The notes beneath the pieces were generated by a model that saw only the letters and a list, made by a program, of their open reading frames with translations, was not told the DNA's origin and ran no database searches. A program made the translations under genes and the position numbers. Positions 26,027 to 39,254 of a stretch of DNA of 64,000 nucleotides are shown here, in pieces (the first letter of the stretch is position 1; each line of letters begins with the position of its first letter). The stretch is from Squalus acanthias (taxonomy: Eukaryota): assembly GCA_030390025.1 (NCBI GenBank), contig CM059432.1, positions 101,868,001 through 101,932,000 on the forward strand, written 5' to 3'.

Positions 26027-28310
26027 TGGGGAGAAATTCATTATAGGCCAGGAATGGGCGCTAACTTTAGAAAAGTTTGAGATTTAGTGCCAGGTGCTAA
26101 TGATTCAGACTGCATGCAAAATTCAGTCTCCTTGCACAAAGAAAGGATTGGAGTGCGAAATCAAGCACTAATGGCCTAGCTCAGTGGTGTTAAACTCAAA
26201 GCACTGACCAATATTGGTGCAGTCTAATCTCAAGTCATCATCGCCACAGCATTTCCCAGTACTTAAAGGGGAGGTTCATTGATACTGCAGCACCTCATTC
26301 TCAGCAATGCTGGCTGTGCAGCTGCCTCAGCAAGCAGAGGCACAACAAGGCGAAGGAGCCGGAGGACTGAAGCAGGTGTGCTCATGGCAGATCCACCTCA
26401 GTCGGGTGGTTAGGGTGAGTGAATGCTTCAACAAATGCTACATACCACCATCTGTATCACAGGCTTCACACACTGCCCAAAGCACCACACCCCCAGCATT
26501 CACACACCAACCATCTCTACTTACCAACATTCACACCTACATCTCACACCTTGCACACAATGACAGCTATTGAACTATGGCAGGCGCAAGGGTCATTAGT
26601 TGTTGGAATGATTGGGATATGTGTGATATGTTTATGCATAAATTTATTCATGGAGTTTGCAATATTTTGTGGTCTCTCTCATTTCAATTTTGTGCCCAGG
26701 AGGACGCTGTGATATGGCACGACATAGGGATGGCATGATGGGCATGTGGTGAGCAAAAGGGATCTGGGGTTTAAGTCATCCTGGTGTGAGGCTGGAAGTC
26801 TGTTTGGAGGAGGTGGCAGAGTTCTGTGACCACCACATTGGAGCCCTTTAATACTCCTTGCTTCATTGAAGGTAGGAGAAGTGCTGTCAGAATACTTTTG
26901 GAGGGCATGGCCTCCTGTTGAGAGCTGTGATGGCCCTCCTCCTCCCTCTGGCCATATGTTCCAGTCTTTCTCGCTGCCTCCGCTCCCTCCGCAGTAGATC
27001 CTGGAGGGTGAAGTCAACTGCCAGTATAGCCCCCATAAATGTAATCAAGTGTAGCACTTTGCTATGTTGTCAGAATAAATGTAACTAATTTTTAGTAGCC
27101 ACAACACTCCTGAAACTAAAAAACCTTTAAATGACTGAATTAAACTGTTGCACAATCTCAGACTGACAAGGAAGCCATGAAACAGCACTAACCTGATAGC
27201 TTCGACTCATTACTCATGATCCCTTTAAGTAGCACCGCTGGAGCCGGCATCCGCCTGCTTGATGCCTCCTCTCCCTGTCGCTGTCAGGGCGAGGCGCTAA
27301 GGCAGGGGGTGAAAATGAATTTGGCAGATTGGGCACTCAGTGAGCATTACACGCTCACTGACATCACGATCTTTTTTTTTATTCGTTCATGGGATGTGGG
27401 CGTCGCTGGCAAGGCCAGCATTTGCTGCCCATCCCTAATTGCCCTCAAGAAGGTGGTGGTGAGCCGTCTTCTTGAACCGCTGCAGTCCGTGTGGTGAAGG
27501 CACTCCTACAGTGCTGTTAGTGAGGGAGTTCCAGGATTTCGACCCAGCGACGATGAAGGATCGGCGATATACTTCTAAGTCAGGATGGTGTGTGACTTGG
27601 ATGGGAACTTGGAGGTGGTGGTGTTCCCATGCATCTGCTGCCCTTGTCCTTCTAGGTGGAAGAGGTCGCGGGTTTGGGAGGTGCTGCCGAAGAAGCCTTG
27701 GCGAGTTGCTGCAGTGCATCTTGAAGATGGTACATACTGTAGCCATGGTACGCAGGTGGTGGAGGGAGTGAATGTTTAAGGTGGTAGATGGCATGCCAAT
27801 CAAGCGGGCTGCTTTGTCCTGGATGGTGTCGAGCTTCTTGAGTGTTGTTGGAGCTGCACTCATCCAGGCAAGTGGAGAGTATTCCATCACACTCCTTACT
27901 TGTGCCTTGTAGATGGTAGGAGGGCTTTGGGGAGTCAGGAGATGAGACACTCGCCGCAGAATACCCAGCCTCTGACCTGCTCTTGTTGCCACAGTATTTA
28001 TGTGGCTGGTCCAATTAAGTTTCTGGTCATGGTGACCCCCAGGATGTTGATGGTGGGGGATTTGGCGATGGTAATGTCATTGAATGTCAAGGAGCGGTGG
28101 TTAGACTCTCGCTTGTTGGAGATAGTCATTGCCTGGCACTTCTGTGGCGCAAATGTTACCTGCCATTTATCTGCCTGGCATTGAAGTCCCGGCGGTAACT
28201 GTTACATGCGGCGCTGGATTCGCCTCGCCCCGGCGCTACTGCATCAGCGTCCCATTAGCACCCCCCGCCAGGTGCTAACAGGAGGCACTAACCAACTGAA
28301 TTTCTCCCCC
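26027..28310. mobile_element. Non-autonomous PIF/Harbinger element (TSD TAA) carrying a nested LINE
   Basis: TIR GGGGAGAAATTCA...TGAATTTCTCCCC, TAA on both sides (first TIR base mutated); Myb exon-1 donor remnant GGTGGTTAGG|GTGAGT near 26414 matches 34925-34940. Confidence 0.7.
27372..28182 (-). mobile_element. 3' part of a second LINE family (CR1/L2-group RT C-terminus, A-rich tail)
   Basis: ORF 27435-27992 (GQRLGILRRV...IYKAQVRSVMEYSPLAW); T-run at 27372 is a poly(A) tail on minus. Confidence 0.85.
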
Positions 28311-28397
28311 TAAATGTTTCTAGAAATGCCATATGAAATTTTAAAATGTGTTTTACATGGATTTGTTTTAATGTCCAAAATATGAATGCAGATATAT

Positions 28398-28480
28398 GGG
28401 GTGAATTTTCACATTTATCGCAGGCAGTCGATCCGCTACCGCTCGTTTTCCGCCCAGTGGTAAAAGTGAAGATTCACCCC
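28398..28480. mobile_element. Mini palindromic MITE (deleted relative of the 2009-2190 type)
   Basis: GGGGTGAATTTTCAC...GTGAAGATTCACCCC. Confidence 0.65.
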
Positions 28481-28594
28481 ATAGGGTATGATTCTGTGGT
28501 CATGCACACATTCTCTTTGTTGACCAGTGCTGCCTGTGAGTTTCACTCTATGCCAAGAGCGCCCAACCATAGGATCAGCCCTCTTCATCCAGAA

Positions 28595-28840
28595 CAATTA
28601 CGAACATACGACGGACAGGAAAAGACCCCTTTGGTCCATTCAGCCTGCTCACACAATTTGTGATATCTTGTGCATCACAATACTGTATATATACTCTCTA
28701 GCCCAACCGAAAGCCATGTGACCTCCTGGAAGAGGTGAAAAAACAGATAAAAACCCAGGCCAATTTGGGGAAACAGAATCTGGGTAATTCCTCTCCAACC
28801 CCCTTAGGTGATCAAAACTGGTCCAGGATACCACAGTGGC
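28595..28840 (-). mobile_element. LINE (CR1-type) 3' UTR fragment
   Basis: GAACATACG...GGTCCATTCAGCCTG tail-type motif as in other CR1 3' ends; family is inference. Confidence 0.5.
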
Positions 28841-30029
28841 CCTGTTCTATGTTGTACCTACCTTTTCTACGAGATGATTACAATAGGAAGGAGAGAAGAC
28901 TGGAGAAATATAAGTCAAATGGAGAGAAAGCGTGAAGCAATAATTTAACCAAATGTAGATTAAAAGCAAGCTATATTTCTTTTAACATTAATAATGTTTA
29001 TCCAACACTGTTGTGGTTATGGTACATAGGAAAACAAATAAAATGTTACGTTGGTAAAGGAGTGCTCCTCTGGGTTCCACAAGGAAACCGTGGATTCCCC
29101 TGCCCCAGGCTCCCCCACTTCCCCGACTAGGATTCCCCTCCCGAGGCACTTAACCTTGCACCAGGGATTGTTCCCCGAGGTCCCCGGTGACGGTCGTGTG
29201 CCGTCTGATTTTAACAGATGGACAGCCACTTTCTGCCAACTTCCTGGACCATTTTTGTCAGGAAGTCGGCAAGCGGCATGTTAATGAAGCCTAACTATTA
29301 AAGGTTGCCCCAATTCAATTTAAATTTCTTCCACATGATTTATTAATTGTTATTGAAATTCAAATTTCTTTCACAAAGCGCAGATGGTGTGAAGTTATTC
29401 TGGCTATCACAGGATAAATCACAAAAATATATCTTTGAAAATAAATTACGTCTATTCCTGCATTTTTGTTGTGATTAATTACATATCATTTCCTATAAAA
29501 TAGATCTAGGCAATCACATTATTAAAAATAGAATATAACTTGAAATCAACCATGAAACTCATTATTGGAAGGGTCAATGAGCAGCAGTCCAAGGAAAAAC
29601 TGCCACATTGAGTTGATCGATTTTGTCAACTGAAGCTTTGTTCAGCTCAAAAAAGTTGCCCATGGCTCTCTTGCCAAAATAAACATACTTCCCCAAGCTG
29701 CAGCAGGTTGTTGGAGCTCTACAGGACCCTCTACCAGGTCACTGAAGCATTCTTCCATGGCGACCAGATAGACAACCCCCCTGAGGTTTGTGAGCACAAT
29801 CCACAATTCTCTGGCTTATACAGGAGATCTGTTCACTCTAGAGAGTAATCCACATAGCTGAACCTTTGGTAAAGTTCTTTCTACAATACTGTGTACATTT
29901 ATACTGACCATTAGCAGGCATTAAGGAATTACCTGTGGTTTTAAAAAAGTCAAAATTTTCTTACAAATGAGCTGCATTTTTAGATAATTCGAAGCCCTTC
30001 TGATTAATATGTGTCATTAGATAGACTGA

Positions 30030-30450
30030 TGCCAACCACAACTCCACACAGATATAGTTTGGTACACCCCAAACTCTTGAGAAAACCAAATGCATCAGAA
30101 TACTGTTGCCATCTAGCCAAATGTCTCAGTATTTCTAGAAAAAAAATGAATAAGCCTGCCACTCTTCCAGAACAGTGCATCAGTCACCAGCTGAATGCAG
30201 ACAGCAGGGGTTCTGACTTATGCCAACAAAATCATTCCCTGCTGCTTGGAACATCCACCATAGCAAGGAAATTTATGGTTGCTGTCAATTTAATAGCCAC
30301 AGGCAGAGCGACTGGAGTCACTGAGAACCCCTCCAAATCAAGTAGTATTAATTGGCACAGCTCAGTCCTGATCTCCCTGCTGAGCCTGAATCTCCTTCAG
30401 CCCTGAACCTTTGGCAGATGCAGATAATTCATTTGGAGCCTGTATGCTAT
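30030..30450 (-). pseudogene. Decayed Harbinger (HARBI1-like DDE) transposase N-terminal half
   Basis: Manual minus-strand translation: AYRLQMNYLHL...RRFRLSRE..TELCQLI..DLE....ALPVAIKLTATINFLA / FQAAGNDFVGISQ / CIQLVTDALF / GFSRVWGV, with a stop and frameshifts. Confidence 0.8.
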
Positions 30451-31580
30451 TTCCAGGGGATAAATCTACATCTTGGCTCTCCTTCTCCTCTGTGGGAATA
30501 TCAACCTTTACTTATCTTCCTCTGACATGTCCTTTCCTGCCACAAATGGTACGATGTCAACCATTTTGTCAAGACCGCAAGACGGTGTCAGAATAAACTC
30601 TGATTTAAACTTTGCTTTTTGTACAGGTATCATTAACTATTTATAAAAGCTTGTTACATTATGGATTCCACCCTGATTGGCTAAATTGTTTCAATAACAA
30701 AATGATCAAAAACCAAGCCAATATTGGAAAATATAACTTAGCATAAATAATGGCTCATAATTTGCTGTCAAAATAATAACGAGGCTAACAGTGCTCACCG
30801 TTATTTATGTGCAAAGGCTATAGCAATTTCAGGCAAGGGCAGATGCATGGTTAAACACGGATATCCAAAAGTTGCTGTCCGAGATGCACCACTCCACCGT
30901 TAGCTTTGCAAAAATAGCATTTCACTGGCTGGCTCACCATTGAAATGCTCTGGTTCATGGAAGATTTTACGTTTGTGATTATGCAAATAGGTTTGAGCAG
31001 AAACTTGAACCATAACTTCACCTCAGAAAACTAGCGCAATTTGCGGCAGGATTGCCGATTGCGCCCATAATGGAAACTCTACCCCTCAAGTGCCATTAGA
31101 TATATAAGGATGAACTCAACAGTCAAGCAAAGACATTCTCCAGTTTCATTTGACATGGTTACTTCATTATGTCAATAAACTTTTTATAACTCCTTTCAGT
31201 CTTTCTAGTAGGAAGCACCTTCCCATAGTGGTTCCTATAGGGACTGGTGTGTACATAGTTATATTTAAATTTACTTAACAAATGCAGTTTTCAAGAACAA
31301 TAGCCAGCCTAATATAATGCAAACATTAAAATGAAACATGCATAATGTGCAGCAATCAATCTTCAATTACTTATTTCAATTTTCTATCAATTTTGTTGCT
31401 AACACTTTGTTCCACTTAATTAATTTGCTCCTGAGGACACCATTTATCTTCATTCTCAATGCACAGTAGATATGAACTAAACTTCCTTGATCCCAGGAAG
31501 ATGGTCCATGAAGTTATATAAGGCACCCCGAAGGAGTGGAAGTGGGCCAAGCAATGGCAATATTGTGAAGGAGTTTAATT

Positions 31581-32330
31581 GGCCTGGAATTTGCGGTCGG
31601 GATGACGCAAACTGGCAGCGTTCGTCGTCATTCCGCTTTGAAACTGACCGCAACTTTGGGATTTTGCGCATGTGCAGGTGCATGAGGAAATCCTGATGTT
31701 GCGGTCTGTCATTGACAGCTTTGACACAGGCTGTGCTGTGACCCCCCGACCCCCACCACACCCACAGAGCCAGCAATCTGTGTAATCAGCCAAATCAGTG
31801 AAACTGAAAAAAACTTCGGCTCTGCCGTGGTAATTACGCTGTTAATCCCCTTGGGTCTAACTTTTAGTGGGGAATTTAAGTGTAACTGGGGTTTTAACAG
31901 CGTATTGACTGCTAAACAAATTTTAAGGGCCTGGAAAACGAATTTGTACTTTGTGCAGTGTGAAATTTGGCCATTTTAATAAAAATTCAAATTTTGACGA
32001 AACTTTATTTCAGGTTTGCCTTTTCCCCATGTGAGAGCCCCAATCTTTCTTTTGCTCTCTCTAACTATTTTAAAAAGTTAGAATTTTAAGAGCTTACTCA
32101 CTTCCTTGTTCACTATCTGTGAGAATTCTGCCTTTTGATTCGCTGCTTAGATAGCTTGTTGACGTCATTGCAGCTTGCACAGAGCGATCCCCACTACAGT
32201 CCATTGAATTGAATTGAAGGTCGGAAAACCCGAAGTTCTCGACACAGGAATTGCGAGATCCTTACGTGGAGCGTACCTCGGGGCCAGCAACGTACGCCTT
32301 CGCTTTGCGGCTGACCGTAAATTCCGGGCC
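31581..32330. mobile_element. Harbinger-type MITE with 3-bp TSD ATT
   Basis: TIR GGCCTGGAATTTGCGGTC...GACCGTAAATTCCGGGCC, ATT on both sides. Confidence 0.8.
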
Positions 32331-32717
32331 ATTATATTTCGTGCAAGTGTACTTAAGTCCAAAAGGATAAACTTTTTCTCAATTCCTTTTTACAAAACCA
32401 ACAAATACAGATCGGCATTAAGTGTGGAAGCTTGTTTTAAAAGTTACTATTGAATAACAGATCATAGACATCCATTACCATGGGTTTGAAGACCATAATC
32501 AACAAACGTGAGCCTTACATTAATTAATCAATGGTAATTGTACTTCTGCTCTAAACTGCTGTTTCATGATTATACAAGTCTGAAGCAGTAATTGTGTACT
32601 ATCACAACATTTTTTGTACAATTTCTAATGCCATAGGGTCATCTTGCTTCAGATGTGTGCTTCAGATTAAGGTATAAAATATTGTGGAAACGGAATGCCT
32701 AGACACAATAATACCAT

Positions 32718-33469
32718 GGCCCGTATTTTCCGATCGGAGGCTTCCTGCGTGCGGAGGCCTCCGATCTGGAAAAATCTACAGACTTACCTGAGGGCTCCCG
32801 AGGTGCGTATACTTCCGCTCCTGGTCCTCTCCAAACTCGAAATGCGCAGGGCCCACGTATCCCAGAGGCGCAGACAGTTCGCAAGCATCCCTGGGATCAC
32901 GTGGGCCATGGGGAGCCAATAGGAGAAGGGAATGTCCCTTCATACACTTGACAGATAGACCTGTCAAATATATGAATGGAGATCACCCCAAAAACACAGT
33001 AAAACATTAAATACATTAAAAAAAAAATCATTTTTTAAAATGAGTTCAAATTACAATAAATTAAATATTTTAAACAAAAATTTAATTTTTTGAAAAGAAT
33101 AATTAAAGTTTTTTACAGGGCTAAAAATAAACTTACCTTTTTTTTAAAGTATTTTTAAGATAAATGAGTGAATTTTTTTTTTACTTTTTTCAACTCTTAT
33201 GCTGGTAAAAGCAGGTCTTACGCCTGCTTTTACCAAGCATATGATTTCTAAGGGTTTTCAGTGGGCGGAGGTTCTCCAGAAAGCGGAACTATCCGCCCTC
33301 AGAGGCCCTTCTCCAGGGCAGGCATCCGATCTGTCAAGAGCATTCTTGACAGATCGGAAATGCCGGTTTTCAGCGCATGCGCTTCGCATGCCTGAAACCG
33401 GATTTTCTGATGTCACTACGGGTGTGTACACAGCCCGTACACACACGTAGGGATTGGAATATACGGCCC
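32718..33469 (+). mobile_element. MITE copy A (inverted sibling at 43641-44391)
   Basis: TIR GGCCCGTATTTTCCGATC...GATTGGAATATACGGCCC; full-length similarity to copy B. Confidence 0.85.
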
Positions 33470-33629
33470 AATGTATTCTGACCTTGCTTACCAAAATACA
33501 GTTGGAGAAAAGGGGCTTATGTTAGTAGATGTGGCTACCATTGGTTATTTAACTGGCACAAGAATTGTGCTATCATCTGAAACCAAAAAGAGTGAAAGTT
33601 CAGATCAACACATATACCATATAAGATAT

Positions 33630-34048
33630 AGGGCCTGAAATCATCTTCGGCGGTGAAGCAAAACGGGTATTAACGGATCAGGCAGCCTTTATGCGCAGCG
33701 CTTGATGTTCAGTTCCATTACAAAAAAAAAAGACTTGCATTTCTATAGCGCCTTTTACGACCTCAGGACGTCCCAAAGCACTTTACAGCTAATCAAGTAA
33801 TTTTGAAGTGTAGTCACTGTTGTAATGTAGGAAACACGGCAGCCAATTATGCACAGCAAGCTCCCACAAACAGCAATGTGATAATGACCAGATAATCTGT
33901 TTTTGTTATGTTGATTGAGGGATAAATATTTTAATGGCGGGATAAATATTACAGTCAATGGAACTGAAAAATCAGGCACTCAGTTTAACGGGTGGCCGAT
34001 CAGATACCGCCAGTTTGGCACCACTGCCCGAGACGAATTTCTAGGCCA
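33630..34048. mobile_element. Palindromic MITE with a SINE 3' fragment (minus, ~33722-33945) inserted at its centre
   Basis: Arms TTCAGTTCCATT / AATGGAACTGAA; ATTACA duplicated either side of the insert; insert ends ...GGCGCTATAGAAATGCAAGTCTTTT on minus. Similar tails at ~23530-23645, ~44440-44510, ~47835-47895 and ~63540-63600. Confidence 0.7.
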
Positions 34049-34699
34049 TATTTCCCAGTTACTAAGGCCAGGGCTGCAGGAAGAGAGCATGGGGAACCAG
34101 CAAATCTGTCTCAGTTCCATTTAAATGCATCTGCACCATTTTAGTACCAATTACAATTTTCCAGCAGGTCTTTTACATCAATCTAAAGCGGTCTTGCTGA
34201 TGTAAGAATATTGATATGTTTTTACATTACTTTTATTTCTAACAAAGTCAGGACAGTAATCTAGACAGAATTGGTTTAAATTGTGTTCTCGAAGCCTGTT
34301 TTTTTCCCCCCATCAGTGATGCTGATAACACATAAGCTTTTAAAACACAGGCTTTTCATCACAGCACGGAATAGTGTAAGGGCATGAGATTGCTTTAATA
34401 TAAAAGGCAATATGTTGCTATGAGAACATGCATCAAAGGTTGCTTTCAATAAAGCTATGCCTTGGGAAAAGCAATGATAGAAATTAACAGTATGCTGTGA
34501 AAAGGCAAGGGGCCTCTCATCTCTGTCTGGCAATCGGTTTGAACAACTGGGTGGTCATAAGGGTTGCACCCAACAGGAAAAAAGTCATTAAAGGAAAATG
34601 GTATAAAAGAGATGCCATGTTTTTACTCAATTAGAATGAAAGAAGCCTTGAATCTGGACCTGGACAGACCTGTGTTTAAATTTTCTCTTAGAAGCAGTA

Positions 34700-36181
34700 A
34701 TGGAGAGGCCCAGAGAAAGAGCTAGGCGCTTCAGCGACGAGGCATTGGTGGCTCTGGTTGGCGCAGTGGAACGGCGACGGGCAGTGCTGTTCCCTGAGAG
34801 TGGCAGGAGGCCATTGCCCTGGGAGTTTAGAAGGGTGTGGAGGGAGGTGGCTCAGCATGTCTCCGAGGAGCCTGGTGCCAAGGACCCACACCCAATGTCA
34901 GAAGAAGTTCAACGACCTCACTCGGGTGGTCAGGGTGAGTACCTGCTTTTCAATACCTTTACATCCCTCTATCTTAACTTCACTCTGTGTCCAGACGGTT
35001 TAAAAACCCCAAATGCCCAACACTCATCCAAGACATATGGCCATCTCATAAAACTCACAGGCAGATCCCACCACTTGCACACATTAACGGCTATTAAACT
35101 ATGGTAGGCACATCTGGAAAACACATGGCTGCACACAATAACGGCTATTCAACTATGGTAGGCACGTCTGCCAAGCACATGGCTGCACACTCACTCACAC
35201 GCCGTCCTTTTTCTTGCCGGCCAAGCTCTCTCATAACAGATGGGAGCAGCAACGCACGGGAGGAAGACCGGCGGACCTACACCCACTGACTGAGTTGGAG
35301 GACAGAGTGCATAGGATCGTTGCCAGCCAGGTCATAGGTGCCGTGGCCGCTGGAGAGGTCGACCCCCTTGGGGACAGCAATGGTATGTTCATCAGCTTTC
35401 TCTACTCTCTCATTCCACCTGCCCCTCACAACACCAGCCTTTTACACTTTCAATTCAACTAACTGTCTCCAGTCCTTGCTCCCTTCCTGCCCCCCTGCCC
35501 TCACTCTAAAGCCACTCTTGTACCTTCCTGGTTTCAGATAGTGAACCACCAGCTGACCAGCCTGCCCCTCAGCCTGCCAGTGGCGGTGACGCGCCAGACA
35601 AGGAGGAAGAGGAAGCCGGAGCCTCATCGCCTGCGTGTCCCGAGGGTGACACATCCGACACTGGGGCCAAGTCTTCCCTGGAGGAGAGCAGGGGGGTAGG
35701 GTCTGATGAAGGTGAAGCTCCTGGATCCAGCGGGCTGCAGCAATGCCATGGGGAAAGGGAAGCTCGGGGGCCATCTCCCCGGAGGGTGAGTAGGCGCGCG
35801 AGTTCTACTGCACAGGACTCGGATGAGGACCTCGACATCGCGGCCATGAATACCCAGGCCTTGAGCATGCACACTGAGCTCATGGGTGCAATGGCAATGG
35901 TGCCTGACAGCATGGATGCACTGACTAGGAGCGTGGAGGAGTCCGCCGCTAGCAGAGCTGTCATCTGTGCGCAAACCCTTGAACCCATCCTTGCCTCATT
36001 GCAGAGGATGGTTGAATTGCAGGGAGACCGTGGTGAAGCAGAGCCCGTGCTGCGTGTAATGGGTGAGGTGGCAGGATCCATTGCAGCACAGGCTGACGCA
36101 ACGCAATGGCTTAGTGCTGGAGTCAAGTCATTGGCTGGTGCCATCCAGTCTCAGACTGCTCTCATGTCACACAAGCACTAA
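34700..36181 (+). pseudogene. Harbinger Myb/SANT-like DNA-binding gene, three exons (34700-34934, 35220-35382, 35538-36181), disabled
   Basis: MERPRERARRFSDEALVALV...WREVAQHVS/RSLVPRTHTQCQKKFNDL Myb/SANT signature; donors AGG|GTGAGT and ATG|GTATGT; acceptor TTTCAG|; phases 0 and 1 join in frame; frameshift near 34865; first acceptor mutated CAG->CCG. Confidence 0.85.
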
Positions 36182-36330
36182 CTGCTGCCATCCTCGCTGG
36201 GTCGCCCACAGTCCCCCGGAGATCTCACGGTACCGTAGCAGGCCAGCAATCTGTGCTCGAGCAGATTGCTCCGGATGCTGAGGTAGGGGTGTTGGGGTTA
36301 CGCAGCAGTGTCATCAGCCAGGTGCAGAGT

Positions 36331-37271
36331 TGTAGGATAGATTCCTCCCTGCCAACGGTAAAAATATTGGACTATGAAATATAAAAACCCAGAAGTGCAC
36401 AGCCCACAAAAAGAGCTGGGCAATAAAGGGTTAATTCAGACATTGTGGCCAAATTGCCATACAAAGGTTTTCTGTCCAGGGAAGATACAAGAACATTTGC
36501 ATATTCATGTACCTTAAGGGATTACATTGTCCACCTTACACCATGGCCCCCGAATAACCAGTTTCAGTGCAGGCCTAGACAATGGGCCGGGCCTTGAACC
36601 TTTTGAATACAAATGCTAACAGAAACCAACAACCTCGCATATGCAGTCACTTTGGGAGGGTTGCATTGTCAGAAAGATATCTCAAATCAATGGACAATAC
36701 CAGGAACAATTCACACATTTTGATATGGCCATCGCATGCTCAGAGGGGGCCAGGAAATATTGAAAGTTGCTTTTGGTTTAAAGTAAGAGCACTTCGAAGG
36801 CGGTGTGTGGGAAGCTGATGGCAGAACAGCGAACAGAAAGATTCGGGCCTACAATCAACTCCAAGAGACAGCCGATCGGGAGTGGTGATTGTATGTTTCA
36901 GTCAAATCAGAGAGGGGGCTTTTATGATTGAGTCTGAGTGAGTTTGTGAGTTTCAGTCAGATCACAATAAGGACTTTGTGATTGAGTCTGGGTAACTTTA
37001 TATGTAACAGTCAAATCGCGGACGGGTTTAACTGTGTCATACTGTGTCGATGCCAATGACCCTTGCGTAGGGGTTTGTATTTTGGGGTTGTTAGCCTGAT
37101 ATAAATCGTAGGGATTTATACTGGGGAAGTAATTGTGTGTGTGTGTGTTCAATAAACGAATGAATCAAAGGTTGAGCCAAAACCCTGTGCCGTGTGTATT
37201 TTGTTCTTATAAATCCTGACATCCAAGAACTGTGTGTAACGGGGGACCAGTATCAGAGAAAACCCCTTACA
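36331..37271 (+). mobile_element. 5' LTR (941 bp) of an ERV-like element
   Basis: TGTAGG...CCCCTTACA termini, AATAAA at 37151-37156, followed by PBS-like TGGCGACCGGCGGCAGGAT (37277-37295). Confidence 0.75.
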
Positions 37272-37316
37272 GAATCTGGCGACCGGCGGCAGGATGTCAA
37301 GGTTTAGAACAAAATT

Positions 37317-38345
37317 ATGGACAGGGTTAAGTGCAAGAAACCCACAATGGAGGATAGGATATCCTCGTATGTGTTTGGGAAAGTAAACATTTCCGAGCAC
37401 TGGGTGTGGGAAATGTTACACTCTGACAGTCCGTATGCGAAAGCGGTAGTGTGGACGTGTAGTAGTATACATAAGAAATCGAAGGAAAAGGCGATTTGGA
37501 CGGAGAAAGTTGAGTGTTTAGGAAAAGAGAAACAGGAATCAGAAAGTAGGGCAGGAGAGAGAGAGGCCATAGTGAACCGGCTGACAGAAGATTTGAGCTT
37601 TGAAAGGCAGAAGAGAAAAGCGCAGGAAGAAACAACTAGAAACACGTTAGAGTACCTGCAATGTCAGGTCACCGAAAGTAGAAGGCAGTGTCAGGCTCAG
37701 CGTGAGGAAGGTAATAGGAACTCAGAGAGCTGGCAAGGCTGAGGAGCAGTTAAAAGATATAAAGGTGGCATACAGGGTAGCCAAAAACCGGGTACATGAA
37801 GAGGCCGATCACGGGCCCTGTAATGAAAAAATCTGTAAGTTGACCCGAGCATTATCCAGGGCCAGGGATATGGTTTGTCTCATGGCACCAGGGGAAGTAG
37901 GGGTAGACTGGAATGAGGAGGAAAAGGAGCCCGATGATGAGATCCAGTATAGAGAGGTTCGACCGGCTCCCAAAGCACCGGGACCACCGGGACCGATGTG
38001 TCCCCTGCGACAGCAAAGGTTCGGTCCACCCCCACAAGGCGGCGGTCAGGGGCCATTGCAGAGCGATTATGTGCTTCCCTATACATCCCTTGAGTTGCAG
38101 GAAATGCTGGCCAGTGTGCCGAAACTGAAGCACGGAGGGGATGCCTCTGTTCATTTTGCCAATGTAGAGCAGATAGGAGGGATCAATAATTGTGACGACG
38201 ACAAACGGAAAAAGCTGATACTGTTCTCTCTGGATGGGAAGCTGTACCAGGGTTTGTCGGCAGCCACTAAGTTAGGAGGGGGTACCCTGGACGGGGTAAA
38301 GGATGAAATTTTAATGGCGCTGGGACATAGCCAGGGCAGCCCGTT
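37317..38345 (+). pseudogene. Retroviral gag-like ORF (frameshifted, 3'-truncated)
   Basis: Follows LTR+PBS; coiled-coil and Pro-rich segments, then MCPLRQ...GPLQSDYVLPYTSLELQEML resembling the gamma/epsilon-retroviral capsid N-terminus (PLR...YWPFSSSDL). Confidence 0.6.
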
Positions 38346-38513
38346 CTTGCAGGAGATCATGGCGGTAGTGTTTAGCGCCACCGCAAAACCACAGGTCTAT
38401 TTCGTGAGTGGCGCTAAAATCGCCGTGCTCGGGCACTAAGTTCCTAGCGCCCTGTTAACCCCCCCCCCCCCGAGGCGCAAACGGGTTACGCTAACCAACT
38501 GAATTTTTCCCCC
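38346..38513. mobile_element. Right terminus of the host Harbinger element
   Basis: CTAACCAACTGAATTTTTCCCC matches the right end of the 26027-28310 element. Confidence 0.7.
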
Positions 38514-39254
38514 TTTCTGTTTCTTTTCATTTAAAGTGGAATTGGGCTGGGTGCTCCCTTCGGCCATCTGGAGTGAGCCCAACAGAAGATCCATGAGTGG
38601 TGCAACAGTGGCTTCATCGACATTTTCTTCTTCCCGGTTTTGCAGTACAGTATGTTTACTTATTTTTGTTGACATTATGATTTTTTAAAACATTTTTGTC
38701 CTTTCCTTTAGCATTATGTAATGTTTATGTGGAACCTAAAATGGCTAGATACTGTCTGCCAAGTCAACTTGAAAATTGGCTGTAATTGAAGCATTTACAG
38801 GACTTCAGGTGAAACAGAAAAATCTGAAAAACAGGTTGAAGTTGCACAGGGGTTCTCCTGATCGTCCGCTGTAAAATCAACAGAAGATCCATGGAAACCC
38901 TGGAGAGATGGCATGTCCCGTGTTTATGCCATTTCTCCAGGGTTTCTTTGGATCTTCTGCCAGAGTTACAGAAGACCATCGGGAGAACTTCTGTGGAAAT
39001 TCAACCCTGTAGTTCTTATGATACAAATTGTTATGGGAACTCGGGGGTAATGTTGGGGGCCTGGTTATAGAGCACACAAATATAGTACTTCATGGTTAAA
39101 ATAGTACAATGAAAGAAGGAGTGCCAGGCAGATCAGCAGGCACCAGAGCCAGACTGTCTCCACTCAACCATTATGCCACTAACTGCATCTGTAAACCCAG
39201 AACTGGATCCACCTGTGCCATTTTCTACAAGGATACTTGCAACTAACCTGTATA

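Noticed and set aside
35569..36144. 191-aa minus-strand ORF
   Set aside because: Antisense shadow of Myb-gene exon 3.
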